A DNA stretch of 64,000 nt from Candidatus Versatilivorator sp. GTDB lineage: Bacteria > Acidobacteriota > Terriglobia > Versatilivoradales > Versatilivoraceae. The DNA lies in NCBI GenBank assembly GCA_965207735.1, contig OZ242296.1:768001-832000 (forward strand). The letters run 5' to 3'. The position numbers and the translations under genes are program-made. A model generated the notes under the pieces. It ran no database searches. It was not told where the DNA came from and saw only the letters and a list, made by a program, of their open reading frames with translations. How positions within the stretch are numbered: position 1 is the stretch's first letter; each line of letters begins with the position of its first letter. Below are positions 41,576 to 51,090 of the stretch, one piece after another.

Positions 41576-44035
41576 ATGCTTCAGGTAATGGTCGGCACAC
41601 TCGCCATCGTTCTGGCCTCGACCGTATTCGCTCACACTTCGACACTTTGGATCCGCGGCCGGGTGCTGGACTCCTCCGGCACTCCCATGTCCGACGCTAG
41701 GGTGCAATTGACATCTGGCGATCAGCGTTTTGAGAGAAGCTTCCAGACCGGAGAGGAGGGCCTTTTCCAGTTCGGTGAGTTAAGCCTGGGCAACTATCGA
41801 ATCACTGTTTCCAGCCGGGGCTATCGTACGATTGACCGGATTCTTAGCCTGCCGGAAGATGCGGCGGATGAAGTCCGACTGACCTTGCAACCGGACCCGA
41901 GCTTGACGATCTACGAGCGCATTATGGTGGTTGGCGATCCCGAGCGTTTGGATGAAATCCCCGGTGCCGCCCACATCATCGGACCAAGGGAGTTGAAGCG
42001 ACAAAAGCAGGGGCTAGACGATATCCACCGCATGCTGAGGCAGATCCCTGGAGTCAATATTCAGGAAGAGGAGGGCTACGGGCTGCGGCCCAACATCGGG
42101 ATGCGAGGGACGGGTGTGGATCGAAGCTCCAAGATTACCCTGATGGAAGACGGAGTTCTGATTGCCCCGGCCCCCTACGCGGCCCCCTCGGCCTACTACT
42201 TCCCCACCTCCGGACGCATGCGATCGCTGGAAGTTCGCAAGGGGTCCAGCCAGATCAAGTACGGCCCCAGAACCAATGGCGGGGTCCTGAATCTCGTGTC
42301 CAGCGAAATCCCTCGAGCATTGAGTTTGGAGGGCAAGCTCGGTTTCGGATCGGACTCGGCGGGTCAGGGACACCTCAACCTGGGAGGCACGCACGGCAAC
42401 GTCGGATGGTTGGTGGAAAGCTACCAGGTGAAAACCGATGGCTTCAAGGAACTGGACGGCGGAGGAAACACGGGATTCTATGTCGGCGACTACCTGGCCA
42501 AGCTTCGCTTTCAAACCCCTCTGGATGCCAGAGTTTTTCAGCAATTCGAGGTAAAGCTAGGATCCACCGAGCAGGACTCGGAAGAAACTTATCTGGGCCT
42601 GACCGACGACGACTTTGCCCTCAACCCCAACCGTCGCTACGCGGCTTCTCAGGCCGACCGCTTCGATTCCAATCACCGTCAATATCAGGCCCGGTATTTC
42701 GTTGCCGTTCCGGGTGGCCTGGACGTGACCATGGTGGTTTACCGCAACAACTTCGCCCGGAACTGGTTCAAGCTCCAGAGCATTGGCGGCAACAGCATCT
42801 CGAGGATTTTCGGGGATCCTGACGCGTACGCCGGCGAGTTGGATATCGCCCGTGGGAGAGACAGTGACCCTGACATATTGAAGATCAGAGCCAACAACCG
42901 CCAGTATTTTTCACAAGGCATTCAGTCCGTGTTGGGTCTGCACCGCCACCTGGGAGGGGCTCAACATCGATTTGAATTCGGCTTTCGCTACCACCAGGAT
43001 CAGGAGGCTCGGCTTCAGCACGAGGACGGTTTCCAGATGAGTGGCGGCCGCATGAACCGAACCAGTTTTGGCGCTCCCGGAAGCCAGTCGAATCGACTCA
43101 GTGATGCCGAAGCCCGGTCCTTTTTTTTCCAGGACGAGATTCAATGGGACCGCTGGACGGTCATACCCGGTATCCGTTACGAGAATATCGACCTGACCCG
43201 AACCGATTTCTCCAAAACCGATCCGGGGAGAACCAACCCAACCCGGGTCGGAACCAATGCCGTGGAGGTGGCGATCCCGGGTGTCGGCATCAATTTCGAT
43301 GCCAGTCAAGACGTGCGGCTCTTTGGCGGCGTCCACAAGGGATTCTCTCCACCGGGGCCCGGATCGAACGAGTTTACCGAGGCGGAGAACAGCATCAATT
43401 ACGAATTCGGCTTCGGTCTGGGCCAGCCGGGCTTCAACACCCAACTGGTGGCCTTCTACAGCGATTACGGCAATCTCCTGGGGGCGGATACCTTGGCAGC
43501 GGGAGGACAGGGAACGGGCGACCTCTATAACGGAGGAGAAGCCCGTGTCGTGGGCATGGAGGCCTCGGTATCCTTCGACCCGGTTTCAAACTTGCAGTCC
43601 GGGTTTTCTCTTCCCGTGCAGATGACCTATACGGTCACCCACGGTGAGTTTCGAAACGCCTTCGATAGCGCTTTCGGGCCCTGGGGGGACGTGATCGTGG
43701 GAGACAGGCTTCCCTATCTTCCTCGCCACCAGTTCTATGCAAGCTTTGGAGTGAGAACCGGCAAATGGGATGCAGGTTTCGATACGCACTGGGGGAGCAG
43801 CATGAGAACCGTGGCCGGTCAGGGGCGAGCCCCCCTGCTGGAGCGCACCGACGCCTACGCCGTGCTCAACCTTTCGACAGAGTATGAGCTCTCACAACGG
43901 GCCAGTCTGTTTGCCAACCTGCAGAATGTGACCAACAATCGCTACATCGTGGCTCGCCGCCCCGCCGGAGCTCGACCGGCGCTTCCCCGTTTGTTCATGG
44001 CCGGGATTCACTTCAGGCTGGGCAGCGATCGCTAG
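41576..44035 (+). CDS. TonB-dependent receptor, FecA-like, with N-terminal carboxypeptidase-regulatory-like domain
   Basis: Signal peptide; plug IPGVNIQEEEGYGLRPNIGMRG, LMEDG, APY.AP.AYYFP, EV.KG; C-terminal beta-strands; RBS AAGGAG before ATG 41576. Confidence 0.9.
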   Translation: MLQVMVGTLAIVLASTVFAHTSTLWIRGRVLDSSGTPMSDARVQLTSGDQRFERSFQTGEEGLFQFGELSLGNYRITVSSRGYRTIDRILSLPEDAADEVRLTLQPDPSLTIYERIMVVGDPERLDEIPGAAHIIGPRELKRQKQGLDDIHRMLRQIPGVNIQEEEGYGLRPNIGMRGTGVDRSSKITLMEDGVLIAPAPYAAPSAYYFPTSGRMRSLEVRKGSSQIKYGPRTNGGVLNLVSSEIPRALSLEGKLGFGSDSAGQGHLNLGGTHGNVGWLVESYQVKTDGFKELDGGGNTGFYVGDYLAKLRFQTPLDARVFQQFEVKLGSTEQDSEETYLGLTDDDFALNPNRRYAASQADRFDSNHRQYQARYFVAVPGGLDVTMVVYRNNFARNWFKLQSIGGNSISRIFGDPDAYAGELDIARGRDSDPDILKIRANNRQYFSQGIQSVLGLHRHLGGAQHRFEFGFRYHQDQEARLQHEDGFQMSGGRMNRTSFGAPGSQSNRLSDAEARSFFFQDEIQWDRWTVIPGIRYENIDLTRTDFSKTDPGRTNPTRVGTNAVEVAIPGVGINFDASQDVRLFGGVHKGFSPPGPGSNEFTEAENSINYEFGFGLGQPGFNTQLVAFYSDYGNLLGADTLAAGGQGTGDLYNGGEARVVGMEASVSFDPVSNLQSGFSLPVQMTYTVTHGEFRNAFDSAFGPWGDVIVGDRLPYLPRHQFYASFGVRTGKWDAGFDTHWGSSMRTVAGQGRAPLLERTDAYAVLNLSTEYELSQRASLFANLQNVTNNRYIVARRPAGARPALPRLFMAGIHFRLGSDR

Positions 44036-44082
44036 GAATGGAGGACTGCTTCCGGAGCACCCTTCGACCGCCCGACGCAGTG

Positions 44083-45093
44083 TCATGCCGTCGTTTCAGA
44101 GCCGACCCCAGGTTCTGGACTTTGTGGGCGAGGATTCGAGGAACCGAGTAGGCGATCGCACTCCTGCTGAATCAATTCGCAGTGCTCCAACTCCTCCTCG
44201 GCAAACTTCTGAAAAATGGCCTTGCCTCGGGTGTCGTTGAACTTTTCGGCGTAGCGTTTGAAGAAACGGTGGGCTCCCCGCTCCATGGACAGAGCTAGGT
44301 GTAGAGCTTCTTCCAGGCTCAACTGTTCCAGTTGCCTCTCTTGCAGCTCTTCGGGACTGGGAAACAACCGATTGAGCTCGTTGTAGTCGAAGTGCAGGAA
44401 GACGGGCGCCTTCAGAACCCGCTTGTTCCTCTTGACGAGGGCATCCCACTCACCCTCGAGTTCCCGCAGGTGTTTTTCTTCCTCGGCTGCCATTTCGAGG
44501 AAAGCGTTCCTTCCCCGCGCGTCCGTGGCTGCTTTGGCCAGTGACTGGTAGAAATTGACGCCGTTTTTCTCGGTCTGCAGGGCGATACGGAGGGCGTCGC
44601 GGGCGAAAACCAGGTCTGAGTCGAAATCTTCGTGCTTGGCCGGGCGATGTTTCTGGCAATCCTCACAGACGCCAAACACCTGGAAATGGTGTCGCACCGG
44701 CTGGAAGCGGTAGCGTGAGACCACCTGCTCCTGAAGTTGCTCCAATTCAGGGCTGAGGAACTCAATTGCCTTCTGGCACTCCACACAGATGATGTGGTGG
44801 TGGTGAGGGCGCTTGTAGAGCGGCTCAAATCGGCTGCGGCTGTCCCCCAGGTCGATTTCCCTTGCCAGACCCGCGTCGGTCAGGGCCTTCATGGTTCGCG
44901 AGACGGTGGCATACCCGATAGTCCTGTCCTTCTGCCGGACCTGGTGGTAGAGCTCCTCGGTGCTCAAGTGGCCTTCGGTCTTGAGGAAATTTTCAAGGAT
45001 TACCTGCCGCTGCCGGGTGATCTTGAGCTTTTTCTTCTTCAGATAGGCAGCAAAGATCGCCTTCTGTTCGACCAGCTCTTTGTTAGAGGCCAT
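44083..45093 (-). CDS. Fur-family regulator fused to a ferritin-like/rubrerythrin diiron domain
   Basis: T.QR..IL, HLSTEEL, ATV.R, HHHHIICVEC, GVCEDC; then ALQTEKNG..FY, EEEKH, ALSMERGA..FF, EEELEH. Confidence 0.88.
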   Translation of the reverse strand: MASNKELVEQKAIFAAYLKKKKLKITRQRQVILENFLKTEGHLSTEELYHQVRQKDRTIGYATVSRTMKALTDAGLAREIDLGDSRSRFEPLYKRPHHHHIICVECQKAIEFLSPELEQLQEQVVSRYRFQPVRHHFQVFGVCEDCQKHRPAKHEDFDSDLVFARDALRIALQTEKNGVNFYQSLAKAATDARGRNAFLEMAAEEEKHLRELEGEWDALVKRNKRVLKAPVFLHFDYNELNRLFPSPEELQERQLEQLSLEEALHLALSMERGAHRFFKRYAEKFNDTRGKAIFQKFAEEELEHCELIQQECDRLLGSSNPRPQSPEPGVGSETTA

Positions 45094-45416
45094 TGTCCAG
45101 CCTTTGGAGAGGGCGCCCGTATGACGGTTGGCTTGTAGAGGATCGTGGTTTAGACAGGAACGCTAGCCGGCAGAGTATAGCATCTCCTCGGAGCCGGCCA
45201 CAACCGCGCCCGTAACCGGCCCTTGGCCGTTCGGGTGCATTCTATCTCCAGCCCGAACTTCCCACTCATGCCCCCAGCTTCAGCAAGCGCAGGCGCAGCT
45301 CTTCGTTTGCGTCCTGGCGAAGCGCGTCTCCTGGCCCGTCACCGAAACTCCTGCGGCTAGACGAAGGCGACCGCCGACAGTAGGAGAGGAAAATTCTCTG
45401 GAAAATTCTCTCTTGT

Positions 45417-46903
45417 GAGCCTTTTGCAAAATTCGCAGATAGCGGGAATTTTCACGTGGGGAAAGATCAAGGAGGGCAGGTGGAAGGAGGGGCAAGACCA
45501 CTGTCTGTTGTATCATGAAGGTGTCTGAACCACATGATGAACGGAGGTGGAACTTGCCCCTTAGGGAAACCCTATCACGACACTGGTTCCGGTTTCAACG
45601 AGAGCTGTTTCCCCTGCTGGAGGAAGTTTTGGGGCCTCTGGGAGAGCGTTACCAGCGGCTGGTGCAGGTATTGGAGTTGGTGCGGGTGGAGGAGTTGCTG
45701 CCTTACAGTCGGGGCTGGCGTGGCCGGCCGCTGGAGGATCGGGCAGTGCTGGCGCGAGCCTATCTGGCGAAGTCGATGCTGGAGGTGGCGACCACGCGGG
45801 GATTGGTGGAGCGGCTGAGGAGTGAGGGGAGGCTGCGGCGGCTGTGCGGCTGGGAGAGGGCGTGGGAGGTACCGAGCGAGTCGACCTTCTCGCGGGCCTT
45901 TGCGGAATTCGCTGAGAGCGACCTGCCGGGGCGTTTGCACGAGGCATTGCTGGAGGAGACGCTGAAGGGCCACTTGGCGGGGCATGTGTCGAGGGACTCG
46001 ACGGCGATTGCGGGACGGGAAAAGCCAGCGGCCAAGGCTGCGCCGGAGGCCAAGCGGAAACGCCGGCGGGGCCGGCCGCCGAAGGGCGAGCGACGGCCCA
46101 AGCGGTTGAGCCGGCTGGAGCGGCAGGGGTCGATGACGCTGGAGGAAATGTTGAAGGAGTTGCCCAAGGCCTGCGACATCGGCGTCAAGCGCAACGCCAA
46201 GGGGCATCAGGAGAGCTGGACCGGCTACAAGCTACACCTCGACGCCATTGACGGCGGGATTCCGGTCAGTTGTCTGCTGACCTCGGCCTCGGTGCATGAC
46301 TCTCAGGCAGCCATTCCGCTGGCGACGCTGACGGCAAGGCGGGTCGAGAGTCTCTACGACTTGATGGACAGCGCCTACGATGCGCCGGAGATCCGGGCCT
46401 TCAGTGAGAAGCTGGGGCATGTGCCGATTATTGACGTCAACCCCCGCCGAAGAGCTACCTTGAAAGCCGAGCGGAAGCGGGAGGCACTGGCCCGGCGCTG
46501 TATCGGCCAAGTGACTCCCGAGGCGCGGCGCTACCGGGAACGCTCGACGGTGGAGCGGGTCAACGGACGGCTCAAGGAGGAGTTTGGCGGGAGGCAGGTG
46601 AGGGTTCGCGGCCCCGACAAGGTGAGGTGCCACCTGATGTTCGGCATTCTGGCCCTGACGGTGGATCAGTTGATGCGCCTGACGCTCTGAAGACCGGGTT
46701 GCCACCCCCAACCGCACAGCAGGTTCGCCCGCCTCAAGGCCGGGAGAGGGTAAGCTGTGCCTGCGTCCGGCGACCGCTGGCCATCCGGCCATCAGATTCG
46801 GGCTTTTTCCTTCAAAAGGGTCTTTGCAGCTGGGTAGTCACCGCCGGAACATCACTGTTGCCAGCCCAATGTCATGCCCGATTCCGAATTTTGCAAAAGG
46901 CTC
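45417..46903 (+). mobile_element. Complete insertion sequence (IS5/IS1182-like DDE)
   Basis: 19-bp perfect TIR GAGCCTTTTGCAAAATTCG / CGAATTTTGCAAAAGGCTC; 4-bp target duplication TTGT. Confidence 0.9.
45515..46690 (+). CDS. DDE transposase (IS5-like)
   Basis: PSESTFSR, SRDST, WTGYKLH, SVHDSQ, MDSAYD, R.TVER.N.RLK. Confidence 0.92.
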   Translation: MKVSEPHDERRWNLPLRETLSRHWFRFQRELFPLLEEVLGPLGERYQRLVQVLELVRVEELLPYSRGWRGRPLEDRAVLARAYLAKSMLEVATTRGLVERLRSEGRLRRLCGWERAWEVPSESTFSRAFAEFAESDLPGRLHEALLEETLKGHLAGHVSRDSTAIAGREKPAAKAAPEAKRKRRRGRPPKGERRPKRLSRLERQGSMTLEEMLKELPKACDIGVKRNAKGHQESWTGYKLHLDAIDGGIPVSCLLTSASVHDSQAAIPLATLTARRVESLYDLMDSAYDAPEIRAFSEKLGHVPIIDVNPRRRATLKAERKREALARRCIGQVTPEARRYRERSTVERVNGRLKEEFGGRQVRVRGPDKVRCHLMFGILALTVDQLMRLTL

Positions 46904-46909
46904 TTGTGT

Positions 46910-47279
46910 GAGCCTTTTGCAAAATTCCGTAGGCGACGGTTTTGGGGGTCGGGAGAGGGAACAGGGAATGCGAGGGACAGGTCGGCTCTGTGTCTGAATG
47001 GCCACAAAAGGCACAAAAGCCGGAATCGGCAGGTCTCAAATCTCATGGAGGCATCCGGGTTCAGAGAACACGGCTCTCCGTGGAACGGCCACAAAAGGCA
47101 CAAAAACGGGATTGGGCAAGACTGGAGCCCTGTTTTGTGCTTTTTGTGGTTGAGCCGTTTCCCATTCGCCGGGCAGCGGGACCTTTCCCGGGAGAAGCCA
47201 GTGGAGAGGTCAGTCACGGGACAGGCCGATCCTCTATTGTTTCATGCAAATGCCCCATTCCGCATTTTGCAAAGGCCTC
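46910..47279. mobile_element. 370-bp MITE sharing the IS TIRs, directly adjacent to the IS
   Basis: Left end GAGCCTTTTGCAAAATTC, right end CATTTTGCAAAGGCCTC; target duplication GTGT; internal GGCCACAAAAGGCACAAAA direct repeats plus one inverted copy. Confidence 0.8.
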
Positions 47280-47522
47280 GTGTGTTATCTTTTTTGTGCT
47301 CTGTGCGGGCGCAAGAAGCGAACCGCCAAGGCCCTGACCGCCACAACGGCAAGAAGAGCGGGCTCTTTGGTGATGGCGATACGGGAGGTGCAGCATGAAT
47401 GTGGCCGCCTCGGAAACGTTCATATCAACCATTGTGGGCCGCATCGTGAGAGGCTTCCAGTCTTCGCGGGTCGTCCTATTTGGATCCCTTGCACGGGGCG
47501 TGGCAACCGAACAGAGGAATCC

Positions 47523-47966
47523 ATGGCCAACCAGGTGCAAATCCGAATAGACCAGACGAGCCCGGCGGCCTCCACCACCCAGGTCCGAGGCCATCGGATT
47601 TCAGTGGACCGTCCTTTGGAAAAGGGGGGCGAGGACCGGGGACCCATGGGGGGCGAGCTGATCCTGGTCGGTCTGGGGGGATGCTTTACCAGCAACCTTC
47701 TGGCAGCCATCCGAGCCCGTCAGGCGCCGGTGAGCCGGGTATCCACGACAGTCACCGCCACGCTGGCTGAGAGCCCTTCCCGCTTTGCCGCTATTGATCT
47801 GGCCGTATCCGCCGACTGCAGCGATGCCGCGCTTCTCCAAAAGCTGGTCAGCATCGCCGAACGGGCCTGTATTGCGGCCAATACCCTGCGGGGCGGTGTG
47901 AGTCTGAAGGTTCGTGTCGCCGCAATGGAGCCAGCCGAAGAGGTGTCCTGCCCTAAGAACGCCTAA
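47523..47966 (+). CDS. OsmC/Ohr-family (YhfA-like) protein
   Basis: DRP..KGG.D.GP..GEL.L..LGGC, AE..C...NTL; RBS GAGG. Confidence 0.85.
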   Translation: MANQVQIRIDQTSPAASTTQVRGHRISVDRPLEKGGEDRGPMGGELILVGLGGCFTSNLLAAIRARQAPVSRVSTTVTATLAESPSRFAAIDLAVSADCSDAALLQKLVSIAERACIAANTLRGGVSLKVRVAAMEPAEEVSCPKNA

Positions 47967-47973
47967 TCCCATT

Positions 47974-47998
47974 GTAGGAGTGCCCCTTGTGGGCACCC
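47974..47998. repeat. GTAG-type REP palindrome
   Basis: GTAGGAGTGCCCCTTGTGGGCACCC hairpin just after the osmC-like stop. Confidence 0.6.
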
Positions 47999-48185
47999 AA
48001 TGAGGATGGCTGTGCTTGGACCGTCATATCCGCGGCGGGCTTCCCTCAGGTCCTCTGAAGCAACGTCACGCCATGATCGCCGCGGCCGTCTCGCGGAGGC
48101 AGTTTTGCCTTGCGGCTAAGCCATAAATCCAATAAAATCCGAAGCTTCGGGGCAATAACCGATCCGTGACCGCCCGGACGACCCT

Positions 48186-49409
48186 ATGCCGGTGCTGTCG
48201 GAAGGGATGTTTCATCCACCCATGGCCGTTTATCTGGATTGCGCCGCCACCGCCCCGGTCGATCCCCGGGTGCAACGGGAGGTCATGACCTATCTGGGCG
48301 TTGAATTCGGCAATGCCGGCAGTCGGCACCACGGGTTCGGTTCCAGAGCTCGTAGCGCCGTGGAGAGGGCGCGTGTCCAAGTCGCGGCGGTGGTGGGCGC
48401 CACCCGGGGCGAAATTATCTTCACCAGCGGCGCTACCGAAAGCAACAACCTGGCCCTGCTGGGTTTGGCCGAGCACGGGGCCGGGACCGACAGGTTTCAC
48501 CTTGTCAGCACCAGGATTGAGCACAAGTCCGTATTGGAACCCCTGCGGGCCCTTTCCGGCCGCGGTTTTGAAGTCACCCTGGTGGCTCCGGAGCCCGGCG
48601 GCTGGGTGCGTCCAGGGGCTATCCGGGACGCACTCCGAGAAAATACCCTGCTGGTCTCGGTCATGCAGGTCAACAACGAGACCGGCGTCATTCAGCCCAT
48701 CCTGGAAATCGCCCGGCTGCTCGAGAACCATCCGGCTTACCTGCACGTGGATGCCGCCCAAGGCTTCGGGAAAGAGATCGCATCGCTACGCAACCGTCGC
48801 ATCGACTTGATCAGCATCAGCGGTCATAAGGTCTACGCCCCCAAGGGCATCGGCGCCCTGGTCACCCGCCGGCGGAACGGACAGCGGCCTCCTCTCACCC
48901 CTTTAATGCATGGGGGAGGCCAGGAACTGGGGTTACGTCCCGGGACATTGCCGGTTCCGCTCATCGCCGGACTTGGCAAGGCCTCCGAACTGGCTTTGGC
49001 GGAGCACCAGGAACGCAACACGGTCTGTCGAAGGTTCAAGGAAATTCTCCTGCGGGAATTGCGGATGCTGAAGCCTGTCTTCAACGGGGATCTCGACCGC
49101 ACGGTCCCTCAGATTGTCAACTTTTCCTTGCCGGGAATCAGCTCGGAGGAAGCCATCGAGGCCGTGAGCCAGGTAGCCGCCATCTCCAACGGATCGGCCT
49201 GTACTTCGACCTCCGATAGCTGCAGCCACGTGCTGAGCGCTCAGAAGCTGGACGAGGCCCGCATGGAGGGGGCGCTTCGCCTTTCCTGGTGCCACCTGAG
49301 CCGTCAGCCCGACTGGAACGCCTTCATCCAGGCAGTCGAGGGGATTGGAGAACCGGCTCTCCCCGAAAGCTCAACCGCGGTGGGGATTGGCCAGGCCGGC
49401 GCCGCCTGA
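48186..49409 (+). CDS. Cysteine desulfurase, DndA/IscS-like
   Basis: VYLDCAAT, FGNAGSR.H, FTSGATESNN, EHK.VL, VNNETG, HVDAAQ, SGHK, GGGQE.GLRPGTLPV, SNGSACTS; likely start 48222. Confidence 0.92.
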   Translation: MPVLSEGMFHPPMAVYLDCAATAPVDPRVQREVMTYLGVEFGNAGSRHHGFGSRARSAVERARVQVAAVVGATRGEIIFTSGATESNNLALLGLAEHGAGTDRFHLVSTRIEHKSVLEPLRALSGRGFEVTLVAPEPGGWVRPGAIRDALRENTLLVSVMQVNNETGVIQPILEIARLLENHPAYLHVDAAQGFGKEIASLRNRRIDLISISGHKVYAPKGIGALVTRRRNGQRPPLTPLMHGGGQELGLRPGTLPVPLIAGLGKASELALAEHQERNTVCRRFKEILLRELRMLKPVFNGDLDRTVPQIVNFSLPGISSEEAIEAVSQVAAISNGSACTSTSDSCSHVLSAQKLDEARMEGALRLSWCHLSRQPDWNAFIQAVEGIGEPALPESSTAVGIGQAGAA

Positions 49410-49429
49410 AAGCGGACGACACCATCCGA

Positions 49430-49906
49430 ATGGCACAAGACCGGCAGCAGCACATTCGGTACAAGCGATCCCGGTTTTCAACACGGCTGCCGCTGGACCG
49501 CCGCTATACGGCCTCGCACTTCTGGACTGTCGAGCAGCAAACCGGCCTTTGGCGGGTGGGAATGACCAAATTCGCCACACGGATGCTCGGTGATCTTGTA
49601 GAATTCGAATTCGATGCCAAGCCCGGCCAGCAGGTCAGTGTCGGACAGACCATCGGCTGGATCGAAGCCTTCAAGGCCCTGACCGACCTCTATTGCGTGG
49701 TCGACGGAGTATTCAGGAGTGTGAACCCCCTGATCGAAGAGGATATCAGTCTGGTCGACTCCGATCCCTACGGAAAGGGGTGGCTCTACAGCGCCAGCGG
49801 TACTCCTGAGTCCAAGAGCGTGGACGTGCACGGATACGTGGAGATTCTGGATCTCACCATCGACAAGATGAAAGAGCAGTCGGGAAACAGGGATAGCGAT
49901 GGATAA
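49430..49906 (+). CDS. Glycine cleavage H-protein-like (lipoyl-carrier fold) protein
   Basis: RY..SH.W, RVG.T.FA...LGD.V, IEAFKA (lipoyl Lys kept), VN..I...SDPYGKGWL. Confidence 0.85.
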   Translation: MAQDRQQHIRYKRSRFSTRLPLDRRYTASHFWTVEQQTGLWRVGMTKFATRMLGDLVEFEFDAKPGQQVSVGQTIGWIEAFKALTDLYCVVDGVFRSVNPLIEEDISLVDSDPYGKGWLYSASGTPESKSVDVHGYVEILDLTIDKMKEQSGNRDSDG

Positions 49907-51038
49907 GGCCCGCTACATCATGATCGGTGGGTTTCTGGGGGCCGGCAAGACGACAGCGGTGCTGCGACTGGCCAAGCTCTTGGAAGGCCGCGGGTCGCAA
50001 GTGGGACTGATCACCAACGACCAGAGCCACGGGTTGGTCGATACCGCCCTGCTCGGCTCCAGCGGGTTTCCCGTGGAGGAAATCACCGGCGGTTGCTTCT
50101 GCTGCAAGTTCGATTCCCTGGTGAGCGCCTCCGAACGGCTTTCCCGAGAGCGGCAGCCCGATGTCTTCCTGGCCGAGCCGGTGGGAAGCTGCACCGATTT
50201 GAAAGCCACCGTGGATTATCCCCTGCGCCGCATGTACGGGGAGAACTACTGGATTGCTCCCTTGAGCGTGATGGTGGATCCGGTTCGCGCCCTGCGCATT
50301 CTGGAGCTGGAGCCCGGGAGGTCTTTCTCACCCAAGGTGGTTTACGTCTACCGCAAGCAATTGGAGGAAGCCGACATCATCGTCATCAACAAGATCGATC
50401 TGCTCAGCCCGCAACGCCTGGAGCGGCTTCGCGGGGCCCTGCAGGAGTCCTTTTCCCCGCACCTTGTGTTGTCCGTTTCCGCTCGCCAGGACAAAGGCCT
50501 GGAGGAATGGTTCGAACAGATCACCCAGCCCCGGGCCTGCACACGGGGTGATCTGGCCGTGGACTACGACACCTACGCCGAGGGAGAGGCGCTTCTCGGC
50601 TGGCTAAACTGCAGCTTGCGGGTCGGGGCTGCGGCTCCCTTTGACGGTAACCTTTTTCTGCGGGACGCCATGGCAGCCATCCAGCGACGGATACGATCCC
50701 GGGAAATCGCCCACTTGAAGATGACCTTGACCCCTGACGAACAGGGCCAGGATATCGGGGTGGCCAATCTCACCGGTAGCGATGTCGCTCCTGACCAGTC
50801 CCATGTGTTGCAGGAACCTCTGAGGGCCGGGGAACTCATCGTCAATCTGAGGGCGGAGGCCGACCCGGACGCCTTGCGGACCCAGGTTCAGGAAGCCCTC
50901 GCGGCCCTCCGCCGGGATGGGGGCCTGGAATTCGAGATCGAGCATCTGGAATCGTTCCGTCCGGCCCGGCCCACCCCCACCCACCGGCTGCAGGCGTCGG
51001 AGACCGGGGTCGCGGCCTCACAGTCCGTTTCGGCTTGA
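49899..51038 (+). CDS. COG0523/CobW-like G3E metallochaperone GTPase
   Basis: GGFLGAGKTT, ITND, GGCFCC, EPVGSC, NKIDL; 8-bp overlap with the upstream gene. Confidence 0.88.
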   Translation: MDKARYIMIGGFLGAGKTTAVLRLAKLLEGRGSQVGLITNDQSHGLVDTALLGSSGFPVEEITGGCFCCKFDSLVSASERLSRERQPDVFLAEPVGSCTDLKATVDYPLRRMYGENYWIAPLSVMVDPVRALRILELEPGRSFSPKVVYVYRKQLEEADIIVINKIDLLSPQRLERLRGALQESFSPHLVLSVSARQDKGLEEWFEQITQPRACTRGDLAVDYDTYAEGEALLGWLNCSLRVGAAAPFDGNLFLRDAMAAIQRRIRSREIAHLKMTLTPDEQGQDIGVANLTGSDVAPDQSHVLQEPLRAGELIVNLRAEADPDALRTQVQEALAALRRDGGLEFEIEHLESFRPARPTPTHRLQASETGVAASQSVSA

Positions 51039-51090
51039 ATATGGCGACAACCACCACGTCAGGATACCGGGCCACCCAATGCCGGGAGCG

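Noticed and set aside
46990-47155. Possible CRISPR array (GGCCACAAAAGGCACAAAA repeats)
   Set aside because: Only two direct copies and one inverted copy inside a MITE; no regular spacers and no cas genes
48186-49409. DNA phosphorothioation defence locus
   Set aside because: No dndBCDE, dndFGH or ssp genes in the window
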